Below are positions 1 through 9,873 of a DNA stretch of 57,232 bases, in pieces (positions within the stretch are counted from its first letter, which is position 1; each line of letters opens with the position of its first letter). The notes beneath the pieces were generated by a model that did no database searches, had not been told where the DNA came from, and saw only the letters and a program-made list of their open reading frames with translations. The position numbers and the translations under genes are program-made. Origin of the DNA: Candidatus Omnitrophota bacterium (GTDB taxonomy: Bacteria > Omnitrophota > Omnitrophia > JAHJGZ01 > JAFGJY01); NCBI GenBank assembly GCA_016928875.1, contig JAFGJY010000012.1, forward strand, positions 1 through 57,232, given 5' to 3'.

Positions 1-812
1 ATCCACTGCGCCCATTCGGTCGTGCTACAATCTTCTTTATAGAGTTTACGGATCGTGCTTAAGCGCAGGTCGCTCGCCTGCGGCAGTTTGTTCTCGTGCT
101 TGACGAATTGTATGTTATCGAAATACAAAACCCCTTCAAGCACATCGGCCAAACGGCTGTCTAAAATGATTACGAACTCATCAACCGCGGTCCAGCCGGC
201 TAATTCGCCGTTATATGCGTCGATCGCACTGAAATGCGCAAGCGGTATCGAAACCCTCTGCCATGTTCCATTAACGTTCTTAACGGTATACGCGCCAACC
301 AACTTCTCAACGCGATCGTTATCCTTAAATTTCTTTAGCTCAACCTTGAACGTGGTCGTGTATTTCAGCTCGGGATCGCCTTTGACAAAAAATTCTAAAT
401 GCGTATAGCCGCGTGCATCCAAATTCATAAGTTTCATCCAATAACCATTCTGGGCGCGATCGGGCGATTCCAGGTCATAGGTGATCTTAAGTACCTTCGT
501 CGACAGTTCTGGTGAGGACATAGCAACGATTTCGGGATACACTGAAGTATGTTCTTCATTCGCATCTAAATTCCATGCGCCGCAACTGCCACCCAAGCGA
601 TTAATAAGGTCACCGTCCTCAAAATCATCGATCATGATCCGTTCCTCATTTATCGCAGGCTCACGCGTATTGCCCATTTCGCCGTTAAACCACTGAGATA
701 TATCGCTGGCAGGTTCCTCTCCCGGAGCAACACCGATCGCTGCGCATAGCCTCATCATGGTTGCAAACACAATGAATAATAAACACGCTAAAAATATGCC
801 TTTTCGCCTCAT
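1..812 (-). CDS. Secreted protein with CBM11/CIA30-like carbohydrate-binding signature (3' end runs off the window)
   Basis: Absent from the ORF track because no stop lies in the window. Manual minus-strand translation from the ATG at 812-810 gives MRRKGIFLACLLFIVFATMMRLCAAIG (signal peptide) ... IDDFEDGDLINRLGG ... VLYFDNIQFVK and stays open to position 3. Context is TAAGGAGACAGTATG, i.e. the GT2 stop, a GGAGA SD, then the start. Confidence 0.6.
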   Translation of the reverse strand, partial: MRRKGIFLACLLFIVFATMMRLCAAIGVAPGEEPASDISQWFNGEMGNTREPAINEERIMIDDFEDGDLINRLGGSCGAWNLDANEEHTSVYPEIVAMSSPELSTKVLKITYDLESPDRAQNGYWMKLMNLDARGYTHLEFFVKGDPELKYTTTFKVELKKFKDNDRVEKLVGAYTVKNVNGTWQRVSIPLAHFSAIDAYNGELAGWTAVDEFVIILDSRLADVLEGVLYFDNIQFVKHENKLPQASDLRLSTIRKLYKEDCSTTEWAQW

Positions 813-821
813 ACTGTCTCC

Positions 822-1856
822 TTACGTCTTGTTAGCCGATTGCTCAATGGTCCTATACGAAGTTCTGAGCACGTCTTCATCTTGCAGTACCACGTTCTTT
901 TTCTCCTTGATCCGCCTTAAACAAATGATAGGCACATATGGTAGTGCTCTTAAAAATCCTATCACATAACGCCATCTGCCGTTCAATAAGAATTTCATCA
1001 ATTTCACCGGAAGCCACGCAAGGTGCCCCACAAGGATCCGGGGTGACCTTATATTTTTCCACATAAAGATGAATTTATTGCGCCACATAAGCGACACAAA
1101 GAACACATTACTGAATGCACTGCGTGTTGTTGCCTCGCGTTTATGGTACGCCACAGAACGTGGTTCATAGGCGATCGTATACCCACGTTTCCATGCTCTA
1201 TAGGCAAGGTCAAGGTCTTCCCACGCATACGGGGTATATAACGTGTCAAAACCTTCGAGTTCGATAAAGAGTCTTTTTTTACATAAAAAACATGCGCCGC
1301 AAAAAAAGGTCACCCAATGCGCGACATCATACTTGGCGCGCTCGCTCTCAAGTTCAACAGAAAAAAGTCCTGAATAATACCGGCCATACCGTAACCCATC
1401 GTCGATCGTTTCTTTATCCCACCTGAGTATTTTGGGTGCAACAGCGAATACTTTTTCGTTCTGCAAACGTTCGTACAACGGCGTTATAAAACCGTCTTCC
1501 AAATATATATCATTGTTGAGGAACAACACTGTTTGAAAATTGGCTTGCTTAACGGCCAGATTGTTCGCCTTTGCAAAACCAAGGTTTTGGGGAAATTCAA
1601 TTAAGCAGAACGGTCTGTTGAGGCCGACAGATCCCACAGATATATTTCTGCATTCCCTCGTAGGGGCCATTGGCCTCAATGGCCCGTACATTTCTTTAAG
1701 ATATTCTATGGAACCATCGCTGGATCCATTGTCAACGATGATAAATTCGTACGGAATATCCCACCGAGACAGGTTGTCGACCACCTTTGGCAAGCATTCC
1801 TTGAGCAAGGATACGCCATTCCAGGTTAATAATATTACGCTGATACCAGGTTCCAC
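822..1856 (-). CDS. Glycosyltransferase family 2
   Basis: ISVILLTWNGVSLL, EFIIVDNGSSDGSIEYL and FLNNDIYLEDG motifs typical of GT2. GTG start overlaps the TAG stop of the upstream gene (TAGTG). Confidence 0.85.
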   Translation of the reverse strand: MEPGISVILLTWNGVSLLKECLPKVVDNLSRWDIPYEFIIVDNGSSDGSIEYLKEMYGPLRPMAPTRECRNISVGSVGLNRPFCLIEFPQNLGFAKANNLAVKQANFQTVLFLNNDIYLEDGFITPLYERLQNEKVFAVAPKILRWDKETIDDGLRYGRYYSGLFSVELESERAKYDVAHWVTFFCGACFLCKKRLFIELEGFDTLYTPYAWEDLDLAYRAWKRGYTIAYEPRSVAYHKREATTRSAFSNVFFVSLMWRNKFIFMWKNIRSPRILVGHLAWLPVKLMKFLLNGRWRYVIGFLRALPYVPIICLRRIKEKKNVVLQDEDVLRTSYRTIEQSANKT

Positions 1857-3709
1857 TATGTCGTACTCCTATATTTGCTTTGTAGGGACAGGTCGCGACC
1901 TGTCCCTACCTTCCCTGTTCTTCCCGTCTCAGAACACTCTATCACTCGTCCTTCTGATGTCATAGCCCACACCTTCGGACACTGTATCTGTTGCACAACT
2001 GTATGGACATTCTCGTATCCCTGTCCCTGTGAATTACCATAAACAATAATAATATGATCATATGCTTCATCCGAAAGTGATCGTAATAGACCTTTATCAA
2101 ATGTCTCAACATCCATATACCCCTTACCATATGAAAAGGCCTGCGTCACTTCATCCATAGCACGATATTCCTCGGCAACATCATCCTGAACTAATATATC
2201 AAGCCGAAAATCACGTTCTTCTGCATTTGTTAGTGCTTTGATCGCTTCTTTCATCTGCAGTGGCCTTGATGAACGCACGAGCAATACTTTGGTATCCTTC
2301 GTACAATGAGCTGTGATCTTCTCGATATTATCATTTATCGTATGCTTGAATCGATTGCAGAGCGCTATATCGTAAAAACGTTGTGATTCAAAATAATTAT
2401 ATGCGATCTGTTCCTTTTTATAATTCGGATACTCCACAACAACAAAATTGCCGCCATCGAATTCGCGTGCATTCTCGGAACGCAGATATCCTTGTTCTTT
2501 CGCCCATCGGTAATACGGCGTCCCCGGCTGTGGGGTGCAGATCGATGTTTGATACCGCCACAACAATTCTCGATTGATAAGTTGGTCCATAAGCCCAAGC
2601 GTTTCCTGATCGCTCTCATATGTCGAACCCGGAGCACCGAAGGTAAACGTGCCGTACATTTTAAGGCCGATCTCTTTAGCCTCGCGTAAAACCTGTTTTA
2701 ATTTTGCAATATTGTGTTTTGCGCCTAAGTTGACTCCCGCAGCACATGCAGTCGCAGCCGTCTCGATACCGATCCGTAACATATAATATCCGGATTCTTT
2801 CATCGCCTGCATCATTTCTCGGTCGAGCGTCGCATACGCACACATTGCATCGATCTTAAGATCATTAAGGTCGTGCTCTTTTAGCGCATGACACAAGTCC
2901 ATGATGAACGCTTTGTTGACATTATGGTATTCTTCATCAAAAAAGATCCCTTGCATCCGCGGGTACTTTGACTTGAGATAAACCAACTCTTTGATAATAG
3001 AACTTACGCGGCGCGGCCGCCAACTCGGTTTTCCTTGATAATACATCGTTCCGGCAACGCAAAACGAACAATGGAATGGGCACCCGCGCGATGCGTATGC
3101 CTGGATCTCGATATATTCACTCGAAGGCTCCCCCGGAATCGCATAATCAAAGCGCGAGACGTCTTCGTCCTCCGGCAGCGGCAAAAAGTTCACATCCAGC
3201 AATTCCCGCGGCGGGTTCGGATATAATCCACGAATATCCTTAAGCGGCTTATCCCGGAAGATATCCAATAACGTCATTTCGTACTCACCGATCAATATGT
3301 GGTCCGCGACCGTGCTGACCTCTTCCGGATACGCGATCGCATGTTGTCCGGCAATGATCAACTTTGTATCGCAACGCTGTTTCACTGCGAGCGCCAACGT
3401 TTTATCATCCTCCCACGTTCGGGTCGAACACTCCATGACCAGATAATCCGGCTTTTCTGCGCACAATACGTCCAGGTATTGCGCATGATCGTATTTTTTT
3501 AAACACCCGTCGATAAGTTTGACCGTGTGATGCGTCTCGCGCTTGAGAAGGGCCGTTGCGTATGCGAGCTCCCACGGATAGTATGTAAATACATTTCTAT
3601 TCGAGCTTGAATTGGTCCAGCGGCTCGGTGAATGGATGATAGCATACCCGTTCCTATCGATCCCGACCGAGTTAGCTAACACGATCTTTTTCGCGTTCTG
3701 CATGCCCAT
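1856..3709 (-). CDS. B12-binding-domain radical SAM protein (class B) with an extra ~150-aa C-terminal domain
   Basis: ASRGCPFHCSFCVAG (CxxxCxxC) follows a Rossmann-like N-domain (KKIVLANSVG...KLIIAGQHA). Preferred start is the ATG at 3709, 1 nt after the upstream stop. The track ORF uses the TTG at 3724. Confidence 0.85.
   Translation of the reverse strand: MGMQNAKKIVLANSVGIDRNGYAIIHSPSRWTNSSSNRNVFTYYPWELAYATALLKRETHHTVKLIDGCLKKYDHAQYLDVLCAEKPDYLVMECSTRTWEDDKTLALAVKQRCDTKLIIAGQHAIAYPEEVSTVADHILIGEYEMTLLDIFRDKPLKDIRGLYPNPPRELLDVNFLPLPEDEDVSRFDYAIPGEPSSEYIEIQAYASRGCPFHCSFCVAGTMYYQGKPSWRPRRVSSIIKELVYLKSKYPRMQGIFFDEEYHNVNKAFIMDLCHALKEHDLNDLKIDAMCAYATLDREMMQAMKESGYYMLRIGIETAATACAAGVNLGAKHNIAKLKQVLREAKEIGLKMYGTFTFGAPGSTYESDQETLGLMDQLINRELLWRYQTSICTPQPGTPYYRWAKEQGYLRSENAREFDGGNFVVVEYPNYKKEQIAYNYFESQRFYDIALCNRFKHTINDNIEKITAHCTKDTKVLLVRSSRPLQMKEAIKALTNAEERDFRLDILVQDDVAEEYRAMDEVTQAFSYGKGYMDVETFDKGLLRSLSDEAYDHIIIVYGNSQGQGYENVHTVVQQIQCPKVWAMTSEGRVIECSETGRTGKVGTGRDLSLQSKYRSTT
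1882..1909. repeat. Perfect 28-nt palindrome GTAGGGACAGGTCGCGACCTGTCCCTAC inside the last 18 codons of the radical SAM ORF
   Basis: Read directly; the two 14-nt halves are exact reverse complements. Same length and GTAGGG...CCCTAC termini as the intergenic palindrome at 21490-21517. Confidence 0.9.
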
Positions 3710-3710
3710 T

Positions 3711-5228
3711 TTATACTCTCGCAACTTCTTCCATTATCTTGTCTTTAACTGACTGATCGACCGGCTCATCCCTCAATGTAAGCGTGGTCTTGTCGAGCGA
3801 TCTCTTTAATATCTTATCAAGTTTTTTGATGTTATTTATCCTGTCCGTCCCCTGTATCTTAGAGCCTTGTGACATGAGATTGTATACATGCCGTTTCGGA
3901 TTACGGCTTATGATCTCCTCGATCTGCCGTAAATATAAATACAAGGTCTCATGGGTCGGGATACGTTTACCGCTATTGTTCTCGACATAGCGCACTTTGT
4001 TATTTTTGATCACTTCATAATGCATCATTTCGATCGTATTGAACCGGTTAACATCACGATACCACTTTTTCATCTCGATCGTGTTGGTCGAATAATATTT
4101 ATTAAGCGGGAATGCATAATCCATGCCCGCAAAAATGATCGGCTCACACCCTAATTGGAACATAACATCCAGCGCAATGCATGATACCGCACCACCCGCA
4201 TGGGTGAATGCTTTATTCTCAAAATGTTGTTCAAGTTTTTTAGTGATGGAGTTGTCCTTTTGAATAATACACATTTTGGGGCCTGAATATTTGTGTAAAC
4301 TATGTGTATCCATAGTCGGTAATGCGATCAATAATGCATGGTCCTTCTCTGAATAGGAAAAATGCTTGATCGTATCTGCTTGAGGATCGACGCTAAAGAC
4401 CACATCCGGCGTAATCCCCGCTTTTTGCAAAAATGGGTAGGAAGTGTCCGCGGTAAAGATAAACGCCTTATCAACATATTCCCTCAAGCTACCGAGCACG
4501 ATATCAAGCGACGGACCGGCGCTGATCAAGATCGCCGGCTTACCGTGAAAAACCTTCCTTAACTTTTCTATGTTCGGGGAGGCAAGAGTAATATCCAGAT
4601 TCTTAATGAAATTCTCTCTCTCGAGATCTCCAAACACTTCCGATGCCTTGCGCTCAAGCAACAAAAGATCAAAACTCTCTTTAATGCTGATCAAATGTTC
4701 CGGGAAACAATGATACGAAGGCAAATGAATAACGACCTTTTTCTTCTTCTCACTCACGTCAGCAAAATGCCGCGACAGTAATGCGGATAAACGCATCGCA
4801 AGGTGCCCCTCCGTCCTCCCGGCAATAAGATAAACTTCATGCTGAGCGAATATTTCCCTGAAATCAACAAGAATAAGGGCAGCATTCATAACATCAAAGT
4901 TCGGCTCGAAGATGATCAATTTCCCTTGTGGGCCGATACGCGTGAGCACTTCTTTGACATGATAGGCCAGACCGAAACCACACAAAAGAACACGGTCCCC
5001 CGGCTGCAGGTTCTGGGCCTCTATGAATCGTTGCGCTTCCTTGACCGGATCGTACGCACTATGCAGTAATATATTATTACAACGTATCGTGAGCGCAGCG
5101 GTACGCGTTTGCTCTATTTGAATGTTATCGGGCAGTTCAGTATCGAGCGTGATCAGTTCAGCATTGCTCATCCCACGCTCTTTTAAAAAATTTAAATTAC
5201 TGATCAAATGCATTTGATGTTCTAACAT
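3711..5228 (-). CDS. DUF115 / MptE-like, motility-accessory-factor (Maf)-type putative glycosyltransferase
   Basis: LHSAYDPVKEAQRF near the N-terminus and GKPAILISAGPSLD in the central domain are the hallmarks I associate with Maf/DUF115 proteins. Confidence 0.7.
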   Translation of the reverse strand: MLEHQMHLISNLNFLKERGMSNAELITLDTELPDNIQIEQTRTAALTIRCNNILLHSAYDPVKEAQRFIEAQNLQPGDRVLLCGFGLAYHVKEVLTRIGPQGKLIIFEPNFDVMNAALILVDFREIFAQHEVYLIAGRTEGHLAMRLSALLSRHFADVSEKKKKVVIHLPSYHCFPEHLISIKESFDLLLLERKASEVFGDLERENFIKNLDITLASPNIEKLRKVFHGKPAILISAGPSLDIVLGSLREYVDKAFIFTADTSYPFLQKAGITPDVVFSVDPQADTIKHFSYSEKDHALLIALPTMDTHSLHKYSGPKMCIIQKDNSITKKLEQHFENKAFTHAGGAVSCIALDVMFQLGCEPIIFAGMDYAFPLNKYYSTNTIEMKKWYRDVNRFNTIEMMHYEVIKNNKVRYVENNSGKRIPTHETLYLYLRQIEEIISRNPKRHVYNLMSQGSKIQGTDRINNIKKLDKILKRSLDKTTLTLRDEPVDQSVKDKIMEEVARV

Positions 5229-5242
5229 TTTGCTGATCCTAC

Positions 5243-6205
5243 TTATAAGATTGTATATCCAAACTTAAACAACTGGCCGTCCCAAAAATCACACACCAAA
5301 AATTCTTGCTCCTTTACATCGAATGCCCCGACCCGTACATCAAGCACTGTAGACATTCCTGTCTCTTTCTGCATTACCGCTTTGTTCTGATCGCTTCCCA
5401 GCCACAATACCCCCTGATCATCGACCGCTCCGCAATTTATTATGCCCGGGGCACCTCCATTACCGCTACCTGCCTTATTGTCAGCATGAATATATTGTTT
5501 ATGTTTAAGATCGGGCGAAAACACCGCAACGATATTATTGACCTTGTCGATCACGACAACATTGCCGTCCGGCAACACCATAAGTTCTTCGGGATATTCC
5601 ATCACGCCAACCCTAAATCCGCTGGCTTCAAATTGCGAATCCATAGAGCAGAACCGGGATGCGTTTACCAACCATCGTTTGTAATGCAGATTCGTTTTGA
5701 ACGATCTGCTTTCATAGAACTGCGGCATCGGTGCGTTGTTCTCAAAGGCCGCGACAACATGCCCTTTTTCGTTAAATGCTTGCAAACGGCCATTTGTACG
5801 CTCTGCCACATATAACGTTCCGTTCTTCCACGCTACGCTACACGGCTCATTGAACGTACCGTGATCGGTGCCAAAGGCACCGATCTGTCGCATGAACACT
5901 CCGTTCTCATCGAACACTTGTATCCTGTGATTCCACTTGTCAGCAACATAAATACATCCTTCAGAGTCACAACATAACGATGAAGGATACCAAAATTCAC
6001 CCGGGCCCTTACCCTGTTTTCCAAAACAACCTCTTTGTTCAAGATCCGTATCGAAACGAAATATTTTATGGCCTATTTCGTCAACTACCAAGATCTCGTG
6101 ACGAACTATCTTGATACAGGCAGGAGCAAAGAGCGGCTCCTGCTGCCGCACATTCTTGGCCAACAACAATGAACTTGAGATCTGTCCGCTATATTGTACT
6201 GTCAT
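5243..6205 (-). CDS. NHL-repeat beta-propeller protein (no signal peptide)
   Basis: Repeated NHL-like units IYVADKWNHRIQVFDENG and LYVAERTNGRLQAFNEKG. Confidence 0.65.
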   Translation of the reverse strand: MTVQYSGQISSSLLLAKNVRQQEPLFAPACIKIVRHEILVVDEIGHKIFRFDTDLEQRGCFGKQGKGPGEFWYPSSLCCDSEGCIYVADKWNHRIQVFDENGVFMRQIGAFGTDHGTFNEPCSVAWKNGTLYVAERTNGRLQAFNEKGHVVAAFENNAPMPQFYESRSFKTNLHYKRWLVNASRFCSMDSQFEASGFRVGVMEYPEELMVLPDGNVVVIDKVNNIVAVFSPDLKHKQYIHADNKAGSGNGGAPGIINCGAVDDQGVLWLGSDQNKAVMQKETGMSTVLDVRVGAFDVKEQEFLVCDFWDGQLFKFGYTIL

Positions 6206-6214
6206 ATATACCTA

Positions 6215-7414
6215 TTAACGCAAAAGCTGAGCTCTGTCCTTTATCTTATTAAAAAGCTCCATATCCATCTGCTCTAAGATACGCGAAACCTCTATGGCCT
6301 CCGCATATTTCTTCTCTTCTTCCAACGTGTAGTAAAGCAGGAAAAAAGCCCGCGTAAATTTCGGACATAGCCGGACCGCTTCCCGCAAGGTTGATTCAGC
6401 CGCTTCCAAATTACGCTCTTTATAATAGACCGCACCAAGATTGTAGCGATACAGTACCGACGTCGGTCTCAAGTTCACGGCCTTGACCAGCGAATTGATC
6501 GCCTCTTGTACTCTCCCGGTTTCATAATAGGCTATCCCAAGCATCATGAATGCCTCGCTATAGCGCGCATTGAACCCTATGACCTTCTCCAAAACCTCGA
6601 TCGCTTCCGCATACATCGTGCAATGATAATATGCCGAAGCCAGATTCGTATAGACCAGTTCCGAGTTCGTACCCAGTTGCGTCGCACGTTCTAAGTATGC
6701 AACGGCTTCCGGATAACGCTGCAGATCGTGATACTGCCGACCCAATAAAAAACATGTTTTAACGCTGTACGGATCGTTCCCGTATTCTTTTAAAAGTATG
6801 CGTAAATACCTTTCCTGTTTTTCCCGTGCAGCCTCACTGCGAAAATCCTTTCGATAGTGATGAATCGGAATATCGGTATATTTTATTTTCCGCGGCGTGA
6901 TGGTATCATCAACGAGCTCATGGACTATGCCTTCAAAATAAATATGCGGGATATTTTTAAAAAAACGGATCACCGGCACATCGGCATATCCGGTAAATTG
7001 TTTGCCCTCCTCATAATCAGTGCGATTGGCGCACCAATTTTCGGCCGAAGGGTCTTCAAAATAGTTTCTTTGATAAAAACCGGCCGCTTCATATTTCTCA
7101 CCGTGCATAATAGCGCGTATCTCGTCATGATCGCGTTTGGCTATCACTTCATCAGCATCTAATACCAATATCCAATCACCCTGCGCCTGCTTTAAGGAAA
7201 AATTCCGCGCTGCCGCAAAATCGTCATGCCATTCATAATCATACACGGCGGCCCCATGCTTAAGGGCGATCTCACGGGTCGCATCTTGCGAATTGCTATC
7301 AACGACAACGATCTCGTCAACCAGCTCTTTTACACTTAACAGTGCCCGTTCTAAGTTCGCTTCTTCATTATGAACGATCATGCACAATGTGATCTTGGGT
7401 TCCTTAGGCATCAT
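6215..7414 (-). CDS. Glycosyltransferase family 2 fused to C-terminal TPR repeats
   Basis: ITLCMIVHNEEANLERALLSV, VVVDSNSQDATREIA and VLDADEV (DxD), followed by TPR-like repeats (GRQYHDLQRYPEAVAYLERA ...). Confidence 0.85.
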   Translation of the reverse strand: MMPKEPKITLCMIVHNEEANLERALLSVKELVDEIVVVDSNSQDATREIALKHGAAVYDYEWHDDFAAARNFSLKQAQGDWILVLDADEVIAKRDHDEIRAIMHGEKYEAAGFYQRNYFEDPSAENWCANRTDYEEGKQFTGYADVPVIRFFKNIPHIYFEGIVHELVDDTITPRKIKYTDIPIHHYRKDFRSEAAREKQERYLRILLKEYGNDPYSVKTCFLLGRQYHDLQRYPEAVAYLERATQLGTNSELVYTNLASAYYHCTMYAEAIEVLEKVIGFNARYSEAFMMLGIAYYETGRVQEAINSLVKAVNLRPTSVLYRYNLGAVYYKERNLEAAESTLREAVRLCPKFTRAFFLLYYTLEEEKKYAEAIEVSRILEQMDMELFNKIKDRAQLLR

Positions 7415-7599
7415 TATGACAAAAATACCCTTTATTATATTTATAGTTATGGGTAACTGCTTTTTTCATCATAAGGCATATGAGGTCACTAACAAAATGA
7501 AAAAAACGTGCTATCGTTGAGAGCGATTATATTTGGTATTTTATGCAGGAAACCGGTTAGATGAATAACACCACGCGGCACTGTTTGAACCCCGCCCGT

Positions 7600-8844
7600 T
7601 TAAACCATCTCGGTGTGTACGCTGTCAAGGTCTTGGATATTTATACGAAGTTGCATGATGGCCCGAGATACGGCGGCCTCGGCTTCTTCCCTATCATTGC
7701 CCGTGGCAATGATGTTGGCCACTTTGCCAAGATTGCTGCGTAATGGATAAACAATATCTCCTTCACGCAAATTGAGAATGATGCGTTCAATCCCGGGGAT
7801 CGTAAGTGCTTCATCAACACCTTCGATACTATCGATCCTGCCGGGACGCGTTACGACCGCACGTTCGATCGCTACTCGATCCCATTTCGGCGTGATCAAA
7901 AAATGATCGAGGCGCTCTCCGATGGCAAGTTGTACCGCCGCCCGCGTGGAGTTCATACCGGTCGCCAGATATTCGGTGAACTGCGAGTGAAAACCGCCGC
8001 TCAACCGTGCGGTGATCTCACCGATCCTTGCCCCGTCTCTGGTGATCTTGATATCCGCCTTTGCAGCCCCATGTTTTATACCGATCGCCCGGATCGCACG
8101 GCGCATCATGTCAAAGGCATCTGCGATCTGATCCTTGGAAAGTGCAGAAGGAATAGTATGGCCCATCTCAATAAAATAAGGGGGATTTTCTATGTGGCGA
8201 TCGGCAACTGTAATGAGATGAATCGTATCATGTTCGACCAATGTATCCATGCTGATCTCAGGCCCTTCCATATATTCTTCAAGGATCACTGCCGGAGAAG
8301 AATAATGCCCGCTGAATTGGAGAGAACAAACAAACTGTTCCCGCAGTTCTTCGTATGTATCGATACGCCGCACGCCGCGTGCCCCCATGTTATCGACCGG
8401 CTTGATGACCAACGGAAAACCCAATGAAGCCGCAACATCATATGCCTGCTCAAGACCGGTTACTTGCCTAAACCGCGGGACCGGCACGCCCGCTTCAAAG
8501 AGCTTTGTGCGCATATGAAATTTATTTGTCGCGCAAAATGCTGCATCGACCGAGATGCCCGGCAAGCCGAGCGCATCCGCAACACATGCAACAGAATACG
8601 CAACATCCGTTCCTGCGGTCATTATTCCACGCACATTGTATGTACGAGTGTATTTTTTAACGCACGTGACTATAGCAGGAATGTCTTTGGTACTTACACA
8701 CTCAAAGAGATCGCAATGCTCTCTGCCCGGCGCCAGGTCATTGCGATCAACGGCCAATACCGTAAGCCCGAGTTCCTTGGCCTCACGGATCGCCTTGATC
8801 TGAAAGAGCCCTGCTCCGATAATAATGATAAGATCTTTTTTCAT
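7600..8844 (-). CDS. ATP-grasp domain ligase
   Basis: N-terminal IIIIGAGLFQIKAIREAKELG, then FPLVIKPVDNMGARGVRRI and LEEYMEGPEISMDTL, typical of the ATP-grasp fold. Confidence 0.8.
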   Translation of the reverse strand: MKKDLIIIIGAGLFQIKAIREAKELGLTVLAVDRNDLAPGREHCDLFECVSTKDIPAIVTCVKKYTRTYNVRGIMTAGTDVAYSVACVADALGLPGISVDAAFCATNKFHMRTKLFEAGVPVPRFRQVTGLEQAYDVAASLGFPLVIKPVDNMGARGVRRIDTYEELREQFVCSLQFSGHYSSPAVILEEYMEGPEISMDTLVEHDTIHLITVADRHIENPPYFIEMGHTIPSALSKDQIADAFDMMRRAIRAIGIKHGAAKADIKITRDGARIGEITARLSGGFHSQFTEYLATGMNSTRAAVQLAIGERLDHFLITPKWDRVAIERAVVTRPGRIDSIEGVDEALTIPGIERIILNLREGDIVYPLRSNLGKVANIIATGNDREEAEAAVSRAIMQLRINIQDLDSVHTEMV

Positions 8845-8864
8845 AACAAATCGTCTACCTGCGT

Positions 8865-9872
8865 TTAACGTTTACGTGCAAGTTTTTCAATTATACCCAA
8901 CACTCTGAAAATCCCCTTGCCATCAACGATCTCTTTGCCCGCATCAGAGAGTTTTTTCCGGAATTCAAGGTTATCACATACCTTACGTAACCTTTTATTA
9001 AGCTTGTTCACTGAGACCTTTTTACCGAGACCTACATCCAAGACCGCATTTTTTCGCTCAAGACGTTTAACATTTTTTACCTCGTCGGTATTCTGCGAGA
9101 CGACAAGTGTCGGAGTGCCGAGACACAATGATTCGAACATCGTCAGCCCGCCGTTAACGATCGCGCAATCCGCCCACAAAAGTGGTTTGACGAGCGTCTC
9201 AAGGTCCTCGAGAAAATACACACGTTCGTGATTCTTCCATTTTTGCTTTATGTGATGGATATCCTTGAAGGTCGGTCCAAGGATCACTGCGGTATTGAAT
9301 GTATAATCGACCCCCTCCAAACATTCCAAGATCTTTTGGGTATAATTATGCGGATCACCGCCGCCGATAGCAACGACCAGATTTTTGACATGTTTATGTA
9401 ACGTCCGGGATCGCTTATGCTCACGCGCGAAATCATCGTGCAAGATAACATATTTGGGCCCGAAGAGCTTTTTCTTGTTTTCGCGGCGATTAGCATCGAT
9501 CACGACATCCGCCAGGTCAGCACCATCACCAAGGTCATCGAAATTCACCAGACGGGCTTTCGCGAGGCTGATCGCCTGCATATAATCTGATGATGTATTT
9601 TTAATATCGTTCACAATGATCTTGGGCGACCAATCGCTGAGAAACTGGGTAAAGACGTTTAAATCCTCGTTCGCATCGATATCCTTCTCCAAATAATGTG
9701 TTTCGATACCTGTTTTCTTAAGGATCGTACTTGATTCCTTGGTCTTTTTTGTAAAAAAAGCGACGTCGAATTTTCCCCGTAACCATTGCGCAAGATTGAT
9801 ACACCGACGCAAATGTCCGAACCCTATTTCATTACTACCATCACATCTAAAAACGATCTTGGCTAATTTCAT
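8865..9872 (-). CDS. PseG-like UDP-sugar hydrolase / GT28-C-type protein
   Basis: IVFRCDGSNEIGFGHLRRCINLAQWL matches the PseG/SpsG N-terminal signature. Size is 335 aa. Confidence 0.65.
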   Translation of the reverse strand: MKLAKIVFRCDGSNEIGFGHLRRCINLAQWLRGKFDVAFFTKKTKESSTILKKTGIETHYLEKDIDANEDLNVFTQFLSDWSPKIIVNDIKNTSSDYMQAISLAKARLVNFDDLGDGADLADVVIDANRRENKKKLFGPKYVILHDDFAREHKRSRTLHKHVKNLVVAIGGGDPHNYTQKILECLEGVDYTFNTAVILGPTFKDIHHIKQKWKNHERVYFLEDLETLVKPLLWADCAIVNGGLTMFESLCLGTPTLVVSQNTDEVKNVKRLERKNAVLDVGLGKKVSVNKLNKRLRKVCDNLEFRKKLSDAGKEIVDGKGIFRVLGIIEKLARKR

Positions 9873-9873
9873 A

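Noticed and set aside
55-969. Plus-strand ORFs 55-408, 481-696 and 757-969
   Set aside because: They are antisense shadows of the minus-strand secreted-protein gene (open from 812 to the window edge) and of the GT2 3' end. They are low-complexity and show no recognisable motifs.
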